This document shows, piece after piece, positions 17,875-26,851 of a DNA stretch of 63,948 nucleotides. The notes under the pieces were generated by a model. That model worked only from the letters and a program-made list of their open reading frames with translations, did not search any database and had not been told where the DNA came from. Every line of letters starts with the position of its first letter. Within the stretch, counting starts at the first letter, position 1. Origin of the DNA: a virus (Duplodnaviria > Caudoviricetes); the IMG/VR virus record IMGVR_UViG_3300050343_000213, positions 1 to 63,948 of that record; one strand, given 5' to 3'. A program made the translations under genes and the position numbers.

Positions 17875-18549
17875 ATGTCTTACAAACAAGAAATGGGTAG
17901 CAAAGAAATATATTCTGACGGTACCTTTAATAAAAAAACAGTAGATTTAATTAACTCTTCGGCATTAGCCCCTGATCCCAACACAGACCCGACAATAGCT
18001 TTCTGGTCCAGGTACTTTTGAAAATGCAGGGTATACGCAGGGAATGCAAGGTAACCTCAATGGAATACTCTCGGCACGTTAACTGAGTTAGAACGACACC
18101 AGCACCCCTAGCTACACTGTACCGGGGTAATCTGGAAGTAGAGACTTTAAATCTGCTATTTGGTGCGGCTAGATCAGGTGGATTAAAAGCAATTTGAATT
18201 TGGTGGAAAAGATAACCTATAATACAATATTTAAGCACAGATCCTGATTTTGCGCAAGGAAAAACTGGTAATGAAGGGACAGAGCGGTTCCACTACTAGT
18301 TATACAGGAAAATTTACTTCTCCAGGAACTCCTGATACGCCGGAAGTGAGGGTTGATGCTTTCAGCAATTTAGGAAGAAGAGGACAAGTGAGAGGAATTA
18401 AAACCGGCACGGCAATGGAGAAAAGAAACACAATGAAAGCCGCAAGGAATGAAGCAAAAAGTATTAAAGGTAAAAACATTTTTGAAACATTAAAACTAAG
18501 AAAAGAGCACACAAAAAATGCTAGGATTGCGGCTAAAACTAAACTATGA
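17875..18549 (+). CDS. Probable single gene broken by several indels
   Basis: Good start MSYKQEMG at 17875 and basic C-terminal ORF 18250..18549; no continuous frame in between. Confidence 0.35.
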
Positions 18550-18747
18550 CAAACGACAGAGCGTCTCAAATTAAAGAGGTAAACAGCCAAAGACAAAAAC
18601 AAAACGAACAAGGTGTTAATCATAGACTTGGTAAAAAGAACAGAGTTGTTAAGACAGAAGGAGTAAAGGGATCACCAGTTCGACACCAGCTAAATCTCAA
18701 GTTTCGTATCATTTGATGAGTTTATTAAAAATAAAAAAAATAGCTAA

Positions 18748-19209
18748 ATGAGTAAACCAAAAAAGAAATTTGCAGAAACTACAGTAGGTAAACTATTGTT
18801 CGGCGCAGCTTCATTGGTTAACCCTACGTTAGGTAATCTAATTAGCGGTGCATCAACACCAGCAGAGGCTATAGCAGCAATAGGTAAATCTGATGTAAGT
18901 AGTGATGAAAAAATAAAATTACAACAACTTATATTTGAACAACAAAATAAAGAGATGGAAGCGGTCACTTCAAGATGGCAAGCTGATTCAATATCAGATT
19001 CATGGCTTTCGAAAAACGTACGCCCACTAGTTTTAGTGTGGTGTATTGTTATATTTTCTTTAGCAGGAATACTAGACAGTGTTGAATCGATACCATTTCA
19101 TATAGGAGTTACATGGAACGATACATTCGAAAAAGTTATGATGGCAGTTGTATTAGCTTATTTCGGTGGACGAAGTAGTGAAAAGGTTACAAGTATATTT
19201 AAAAAATAA
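18748..19209 (+). CDS. Holin (3TM-holin-like)
   Basis: RWQADSISDSWLSKNVRPLVL plus hydrophobic helices and AYFGGRSSEK. Confidence 0.7.
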   Translation: MSKPKKKFAETTVGKLLFGAASLVNPTLGNLISGASTPAEAIAAIGKSDVSSDEKIKLQQLIFEQQNKEMEAVTSRWQADSISDSWLSKNVRPLVLVWCIVIFSLAGILDSVESIPFHIGVTWNDTFEKVMMAVVLAYFGGRSSEKVTSIFKK

Positions 19210-19212
19210 TCA

Positions 19213-19929
19213 ATGGCAAGAATAACCTCTTATGCTTTAGATACAACACCGGATAAGAACGATAAGGTTATCGGTTCTGATGCTGGAGGCGAAACAAGAA
19301 ACTTTTCATTTGAGGGTATATCTAATTTCTTTAATACATCGGGATTAATTAATCTTAATGGTATTGTAAATAAATTTATTCCAGAAAATTCAAATTTAGC
19401 TTCGGGTTTTTTTAAATTACCTAACGGTGGAACTGGTATTGCTTTTAGTTCAATAACCTCACTAAAGGTTTCAATAAATAATTTAGATAATTTAAATATA
19501 ACAGAATTTTATAATCATCTTGTGGATCAAGGTTTAAAAATATCTAATGTAGATAATATAAGCGAGTTTGGCCATTATGCTTTTTTAAGTGCTGTTCAAG
19601 CGGATCCTGCTGATAATTTTTTAACTTTTAATTTAAGTTATTTAAGCGGTAACGGTACTCTTAGAGATAATAAATATTATATATTTAATTTAGATAATTC
19701 TGGTAGAACAGATAAAAACTTTACATCACCAAATATAAATTTTTCAGCTAATGTTGCTAAAACAATAACACACAGTTTAGGAAAATTTCCATCAGTAACA
19801 ACAGTTGATTCCGCAGGCTCTCATATTGTTGGAGATATTCAACATGTGGACTCGAACGGTAATTCTTCAAATAATCATTTCACTATAACATTTAAAGCCT
19901 CTTTTCAAGGCAAAGTATACGCAAACTAA
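19213..19929 (+). CDS. Virion protein sharing its N-terminal motif with fibres 1 and 2
   Basis: MARITSY...DKVIGSD N-terminus; C-terminal ITHSLGKFPSVT domain. Confidence 0.65.
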   Translation: MARITSYALDTTPDKNDKVIGSDAGGETRNFSFEGISNFFNTSGLINLNGIVNKFIPENSNLASGFFKLPNGGTGIAFSSITSLKVSINNLDNLNITEFYNHLVDQGLKISNVDNISEFGHYAFLSAVQADPADNFLTFNLSYLSGNGTLRDNKYYIFNLDNSGRTDKNFTSPNINFSANVAKTITHSLGKFPSVTTVDSAGSHIVGDIQHVDSNGNSSNNHFTITFKASFQGKVYAN

Positions 19930-19935
19930 TAAACT

Positions 19936-20904
19936 ATGGCACTTTCATATTTAACAGACATTAATTTAAACAAAAACGAATTACAGAATGCAGTAATTCA
20001 GAAAGTAGGTACCGACCCTTCTTCAGGATTAACCGCAGGTTGGTTAATTTATAACACAGCATCTAATCAATTAAAAGTATATGATGGAAGTGATTGGGCA
20101 AATGTTGGTGGTGATATAACTAGAGTCAATATTACAGCGGGGACTGGACTATCTGGTACTCTTGATACACAATCTGGTGCACATACACAAACAATTGATT
20201 TAGCTAATACAGCTGTAACTGCTGGTTCATACGGTTCGGCAACTGCAATACCAACTTTTACGGTAGACGCACAGGGTAGATTAACAGCAGCTGGGACAGT
20301 TAGTATAACAACATCACTTACTATTGATAGTGATTCCGCATCAGAAGACGTTTCTTTAGCGGATGATGATCTTAAAATTGTAGGTACTGCAAATGAAATA
20401 GAAACAGCAGTAACTAAATCTGGTACAGACGTTTCATTAACAATAGGTCTTCCAGACGATGTAACAATCGGAAACGATTTAACAGTACTCGGAGATTTAC
20501 AAGTTACAGGAACAACAACAACTAATAATGTAGAAACCGTAAGTACATCAAATGGTATTATATTTGAAGGCACTGTTGCGGATGCCCACGAGGGTACTTT
20601 ATTAGCTGGCGCATTAACAGCCGACGTTACATATACATTACCAGATAAAACGGGTACTGTAGCTATGACAAGCGATATTACTGATAGGTTTTATGCTACA
20701 TCTATAGGTGACGGATCTGCTACTTCTTACGCTGTGACACATAATTTAGGTTCACAAGATGTAATTGTACAATTATACGATGCTAGTTCGTTAGACACTG
20801 TATTCGCTGATGTAGTTAGAACATCAACTTCAGTTGTCACAATTGATTTCAACTCTGCACCAACTGCAAACGATATTAGAGTACTGGTTACAAAAATAGG
20901 TTAA
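19936..20904 (+). CDS. Tail/virion structural protein
   Basis: VTAGSYGSATAIPTFTVDAQGRLTAA and VTHNLGSQDVIVQLYD motifs. Confidence 0.7.
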   Translation: MALSYLTDINLNKNELQNAVIQKVGTDPSSGLTAGWLIYNTASNQLKVYDGSDWANVGGDITRVNITAGTGLSGTLDTQSGAHTQTIDLANTAVTAGSYGSATAIPTFTVDAQGRLTAAGTVSITTSLTIDSDSASEDVSLADDDLKIVGTANEIETAVTKSGTDVSLTIGLPDDVTIGNDLTVLGDLQVTGTTTTNNVETVSTSNGIIFEGTVADAHEGTLLAGALTADVTYTLPDKTGTVAMTSDITDRFYATSIGDGSATSYAVTHNLGSQDVIVQLYDASSLDTVFADVVRTSTSVVTIDFNSAPTANDIRVLVTKIG

Positions 20905-20915
20905 TATAATTTAAT

Positions 20916-23900
20916 ATGGCAAAACGTTTTCTTAGTAACATAAGGATTAACGACGCATATACATTTCCCGCGTCAGACGGAACAAACAATCAAGTTATTA
21001 AAACAGATGGTTCCGGTAATTTATCCTTTGGTCAACTAGCCGCTGACTCTGCTTCTGTAATGTATAAAGATACATTCACGGGTGATGGCAGCACAAGCGT
21101 TTTTAGCTTAGCTAACGCATTAAATGATGAAGTTCAATCTAATATATACATAGACGGTGTTTATCAATCTAAGAGTACTTATTCAGTCTCTGGTACAGCT
21201 ATAACATTTTCCACTGCACCTCTAAGTGGTCACGAGATAGAGGTTATATCTACAACGGGTATAAACAGTGGTCCAACAGCAATCTATACAGATACATTCA
21301 CAGCTAACGGATCAGCAACAGCATTCACATTAGGACAAACCGTTCACAGCGAGAACCAAACTATAGTATTTTTAAATGGTGTATACCAATTTAAGGGTAC
21401 TTATACTTTAAGTGGTACTACATTAACTTTAGATACTGCACCTTCAAATGGTGTATCTATAGAGGTTATGAGTATAGGTTCTGCATATTCAGGTGGTGAT
21501 ATATTATACGATCACGATTTTACATCTGCTGGTTTAATGACAAGCAATGGTTCGGGTGTGTATAGCATTACAGCAAACAACTCTGCAAACTGGAATACAG
21601 CATACGGATGGGGAGATCATTCTACTCAAAGCTACGCAACTCAAAGTTATGTAGGAACTCAAATATCAAATCTAGTTGACAGTTCTCCAGCAACATTAGA
21701 TACTTTAAATGAACTTGCGGCAGCATTAGGCGACGATCCTAACTTTGCTACAACTACTGCGAATAGCATTGGATTAAAAGCGCCATTAGCCTCACCGTCA
21801 TTTACGGGTGATGCAACTTTTTCTGGTAGTGTAACAACAGACAAAATAATTATAGATGGTGCATCAAATAGTAATGTATCTCAATTTGCATTAACACGAA
21901 CAGATTTTTCTTGGGGTATATTTAATGAAACTAATTTAAGGTTTTATGTACAAAGTGGAAATACAACTACTCCAAATGGACAAGTTTTAGAAATAGCAAC
22001 AAATGGCAATGCAACTTTTTCAGGAAGTATAACATCAACAGGTTTAAATGTAAATGCAGGAACTTATCACAAAGTTATAGCAACATTCCCTGCAACTTAT
22101 ACAACTAATTTACAGATAGGACAACAATTTAATGTAAATAATGATGCTTTAACCGATACAGTAACTTTTGCTCATACAGGAACAGAGGCAGCATCAGATT
22201 TTATTTTTACAGTAGCAGGTAATGAAAAATTAAAAATACAAGGTAATGGAAACGCAACTTTTTCAGGACAAGTTTCTGTTGGAAATTACGCTATACCTTC
22301 AGACCATCAATTTCAAATAGCACATTTAGGGCAAAGTTATGCAAGATTTGCTTTAACTAATTCGCAAACAGGAAATGGTAGTTCAGATGGATTAATATTC
22401 CAAATGGAAAATCTTAATAGCATTATTAAAAACCAAGAAAATGGTTCTTTAGGGTTTGGTACTAATGGAAGAGAAACTGATATATTAATAGACAGTTCTG
22501 GTCAAGTGGGAATTGGGTAACTACCAGAAAGTCCTCAACTGTTGGAGACACGAAAGCAATACAAATTTCAACAGGTGGCGCTTTATCAAGCGTATAATGG
22601 AGCTTATCTAATAATAGATATTTGGACGGAAATGATGGAGCTGGATTGCATCACAAGCAGCAGCAATTATTCGGTATCAACTTCAACAGGAGAATTGCTT
22701 TATGAATGCTCCTTCTGGAACGGCTGATACAGAAATAATGCGAATTCCTCTTGATGGAAGTGTTACGTATTACGTTCGAGCACGTTGACGGGGCCAAGGT
22801 CGTTGAACTTTGTTATCTGGTACAAATGCTACAAATTACTGACATAAAGGCCAACAAGCAGGCACTACTGGAGTTTCTGGATTAAGAATACGTTTTAGCT
22901 AGTCAAGGTGCAAGCTGATTTTCAATTTATTCCTCAAGTAGGTCAGGGTCCAAGACTTAACATGGTTCAACTACGGTGGTAATTCCATTTTGATCAATGG
23001 AGGCAGCGTCGGGATCGGGACGACTTCACCTAATGATAAACTTGAAGTTAGCGGTGGTAATATTAGAATATATAGCACTAATAACGCAAACCACTTAATA
23101 ATAAAAAACAATGCAACTGGGACTAGCGGTACTTTTGAAGAAAGAATAAAATTTTTAGGATGGAATGATAATGAGAACGCATCTATTATAGCTAAAGGTA
23201 ACGCATATTTTGGGAGCCCTGTTAATATTTTAGCTTTTAGTGTTTCTGCTTCAGAAAAAATGGCTATTAATCACTCTGGAAATGTTGCAATAAGTGGAGC
23301 TGGAATACAAATAGATAGACCAGATGTTGCGGGAGGAAAACCTTATGTTTTTTGGAAATCTGGAGGAACAACCCAAGCCTCTATTTACGGTGCTTCAGGC
23401 AGTAGTAAGGGATTAAGATTTTTCTTAGAGGGCGGAATTGCTGATTTTAATAATAATATTAAAGCAAGCGGTGTTTATTTAGGTGGTAGCGGAAGTGCTA
23501 ATCTTTTAGATGACTACGAAGAAGGAACTTGGACACCGGTTATTCAACACAATAATGGTACAGGCAATGTTCCTCTTACTATAGCTTCCGCTAGGTATGT
23601 TAAAGTTGGGGATTTAGTTTATATTTCAGCATGGATAGATGCATTTAACACCGGGGGAGGTGGTCATGCCGGGACCGGCGCTTACTATGGAATCAGAGGT
23701 ATGCCTTTTATTCCAGAAAATTACGGTGTTTGGGAATTAGCTTATGCTAGCAGCGGTGTAACCTCGTATGGTGGCTATTCTTCGGCTGCGAGTTTATACT
23801 TTATGCACAATGGCACTAATGGACAACGATCTGCAAATCACGTCAATGGGGCTGGGGTTAATGCTTGGGGAGCAAGTCAACATTTTATGATGAATTGCAC

Positions 23901-23916
23901 ATATAGAGTACAATAA
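20916..23916 (+). CDS. Modular tail fibre 3 (frame broken across about 22520-22990)
   Basis: ORFs 20916..22520 and 22990..23916 carry the same GIG module architecture; LDDYEEGTWTP tip domain; the gap reads as degraded fibre sequence. Confidence 0.75.
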
Positions 23917-23931
23917 AATAAATATTTAAAA

Positions 23932-24177
23932 ATGAGTTTAGAAAAAAAAAGAATCCAAGACAAAATTGAAATAGTTACCGAATTTAAACATATTCAAATA
24001 AGATATTCAGATCAAATAATTGAAGACGGTAATGTTATATCAAGTTCTTACCATAGAGACACTGTTCCCTGTGGCGAAGATGCAAAGGCTATCGAACACA
24101 ATGTAAAAGCTTTAGCTGATATATACTGGACAGACGAAATAAAAACGGCATACCAAGCAAGTTTAGAAATAGAATAA
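23932..24177 (+). CDS. Fibre assembly chaperone-like protein
   Basis: DKIEIV...HIQIR...IIEDG...SYHR type protein that typically follows LDDYEEGTWTP fibres. Confidence 0.6.
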   Translation: MSLEKKRIQDKIEIVTEFKHIQIRYSDQIIEDGNVISSSYHRDTVPCGEDAKAIEHNVKALADIYWTDEIKTAYQASLEIE

Positions 24178-24178
24178 T

Positions 24179-26734
24179 ATGGCACAAACTAAAGTAAAAC
24201 TTATATCAGACGGTGTAATAGTCCAGAGTAATTTACATGCTAGCCACGGTATAACTACCGCACATATTGGTGAGGGTAGCAATTTGTATTACACAGATGC
24301 TAGAGTAGGTTCTTACTTATCTACAAATAGTTTTGCTACAGAAAGCTATGTGGGTACACAGATAACTAATTTAGTTGATTCGTCACCTTCAGCTCTTAAT
24401 ACACTTAATGAGTTAGCTGCAGCTCTTGGGGATGATGCAAACTTTAGCACAACAGTTACAAATAGTATTGCTTTAAAAGCTCCAATAGCTTCACCAACGT
24501 TTACGGGATTTGCAAAAGCGCCATACGTAAGAGCTACATCTGAGGGTGACATAGCTCTAGGTGGTATATCGGGTATATCAAGAATTCAAAGTAATGCTAG
24601 TAATGATATAAGATTTTTAAATAGTTCAAATCAGGACTTATTAACTTTAGTAGCAAGCACTAGGGCAGCAACTTTTGCAGGAAATGTAACTGTTAATGGA
24701 GGTCAAATATTAACACCAAGTGGAGTTAATCTTGCGTTAAATCCTAATACAGGAATTGTTTCTGTTGGAGGTGTTATACAAGCTTCAGGAACAGGAAATA
24801 ATACTTTTGCAGGGACTGGAACTTTTACTGATGCAATAACAGCAAATGGTTCATATCCTGGTTTAGTTCTTAATAGTACTTCTCATACAAGATTTGCTAT
24901 TACAAATAGATATTCTTCAAATTATGTAACCTTTGATATGACACCACAAGGAGGTTCAACACTTGAAGCATTAACTTTAAAAAATAATGGAAATCTAGGA
25001 ATCGGAACTGCTACGCCTCAAACAACACTTGAAGTTAAAGGCGCGGCATCAGCATTAAATGCACATTTTGGTCAAGGAACAAATAACAGTTCTGGGGTCT
25101 TTGGAGGTATAAGTTTAGGTTATTCTGAAGCAAATACTTCTTATAGAAAAGTTGGTATCGTAGCACAGACTAAGGGTGATAATTCAGCAAGACAGGACTT
25201 GCACTTTTTGGTGGATACAGTAAATGACCAAAACAGTGCTGGAGTTGGAGATAGTAAAATGCATATTCAATATAATACTGGCGATGTAATTATTAATAAT
25301 AAATTAGGAATCGGAACAACTGCTCCTAGTGAAACACTTCAGGTTAATGGTAATATTAGAGTAGCTGGTGTGGGTAATGCCATAGGGTTTGATACAACTG
25401 GTGCAAATTTAAGTAATGGAATAAAAACAATTAATGATTACGAAACTGTAATTTATAATGGCAGAGGTTCAGCTGGACATGCAGTTATAGGTAATTCAAA
25501 TATTAGATTAGGATTTGGAGCAAATTATACTGCCTCTCAAGCTAGTTTATTTATAACATCTACAGGAAACGTCGGAATCGGAACGAGTTCGCCTAGTTAT
25601 AAATTAGAAGTAAATGGAGGAACCGCGTTAGTTGGAGGAGGATTTTACGTTTCTAGTGACCAAAGTGTTAGTACAAACTTTACATATACTTTTAGAGATG
25701 CAGTAGGTATTAATAACCCTAATTCAATTTCAGCTACTGCTAACGCAGGCTATACCATGTGTGTTGGGAGGAGCCACGATAGTGGCAGCGGTGTTTCTGG
25801 TTCTATTTCAGCTGTTGGCACTATTAGAGCTTCAGCTTTTACAACTGGTATAAACACAACCGCTGGCATTGGAGGTTCTAATGGAGATGTAAATGCGGCG
25901 GAGATTGGTCCTGGTTATTTAAATCTATCAAGAGATGATACTGCCGGAGCACAACAAATTCGTTTTGAAAAAAATGGGGCATTACATTCATATATTGAAA
26001 CTACAACAAGTGGGTTAAATATAGGAAATGCAAATGTATATTTAGCAAAATCAACTAACCAAGGGCAACTATTCTTTGGAACTGCTGATAATCAATATGA
26101 AATATTTGGTGGTGGAAACTGGGGTTATATGGGTTATAATACAAGTGGTTACCATAGATTTTTTGGTAGTGGTACTGAAAGAATGAGGATTACAAACGCT
26201 GGCCTCGTTGGGATCGGGGAGAATTCACCTGTAGCTCAGCTGGATGTTCAATTGCACCATGGCACTGGAGCATTTAATAAAGATTGTGGAGCGAGAATAG
26301 GTAGAATACAATACGCTTGGCATACGGGTCAATACTACGCTAATAACAGCTATTCTTATGTACATTATAAAACAAATCTTTGGATGGGTGGATCACACAC
26401 TAATTCATCAGGTTATTCAGGAAATACTCATTATATAATGGGAGGTTTTTATATAAAAAGTTATAAATATGGTTCATTAAGAGGTGATGGCACTGTACAG
26501 TTTCATAATTGGAGTGGTGGTTTCGCGGGTCTTACCGTTCAAAATTCCGGTAACTGGACTAATTTTGTACAAAGTCCTTATACATCAAGTGATGGTTTTT
26601 GTGTTATTGTATTAGCGCATAATTATTACTCTACGCCAAATATTGATTTTCATCAAAGCTTTACCGCTTACCCTTGGAGAAATGTTCAAGTTACAGCTTC
26701 ATCACAGAGCAATAGCACAACAGGAGTATATTAA
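24179..26734 (+). CDS. Modular tail fibre 4
   Basis: LVDSSPSALNTLNELAAALGDD segment and four GIG modules. Confidence 0.85.
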   Translation: MAQTKVKLISDGVIVQSNLHASHGITTAHIGEGSNLYYTDARVGSYLSTNSFATESYVGTQITNLVDSSPSALNTLNELAAALGDDANFSTTVTNSIALKAPIASPTFTGFAKAPYVRATSEGDIALGGISGISRIQSNASNDIRFLNSSNQDLLTLVASTRAATFAGNVTVNGGQILTPSGVNLALNPNTGIVSVGGVIQASGTGNNTFAGTGTFTDAITANGSYPGLVLNSTSHTRFAITNRYSSNYVTFDMTPQGGSTLEALTLKNNGNLGIGTATPQTTLEVKGAASALNAHFGQGTNNSSGVFGGISLGYSEANTSYRKVGIVAQTKGDNSARQDLHFLVDTVNDQNSAGVGDSKMHIQYNTGDVIINNKLGIGTTAPSETLQVNGNIRVAGVGNAIGFDTTGANLSNGIKTINDYETVIYNGRGSAGHAVIGNSNIRLGFGANYTASQASLFITSTGNVGIGTSSPSYKLEVNGGTALVGGGFYVSSDQSVSTNFTYTFRDAVGINNPNSISATANAGYTMCVGRSHDSGSGVSGSISAVGTIRASAFTTGINTTAGIGGSNGDVNAAEIGPGYLNLSRDDTAGAQQIRFEKNGALHSYIETTTSGLNIGNANVYLAKSTNQGQLFFGTADNQYEIFGGGNWGYMGYNTSGYHRFFGSGTERMRITNAGLVGIGENSPVAQLDVQLHHGTGAFNKDCGARIGRIQYAWHTGQYYANNSYSYVHYKTNLWMGGSHTNSSGYSGNTHYIMGGFYIKSYKYGSLRGDGTVQFHNWSGGFAGLTVQNSGNWTNFVQSPYTSSDGFCVIVLAHNYYSTPNIDFHQSFTAYPWRNVQVTASSQSNSTTGVY

Positions 26735-26745
26735 AAATAAAAATT

Positions 26746-26850
26746 ATGGATATTAACGAAATACCTTTTCCCGCAGTTCAAGAAGGAGATAGAGTGCTAC
26801 ACGAAGATGTATTCTATGTATATACTAACGGAACTTTTATAAAAGAATAA
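26746..26850 (+). CDS. 34-aa peptide between fibre genes
   Basis: MDINEIPFPAVQEGDRVLHEDVFYVYTNGTFIKE; fills the intergenic gap. Confidence 0.45.
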   Translation: MDINEIPFPAVQEGDRVLHEDVFYVYTNGTFIKE

Positions 26851-26851
26851 T

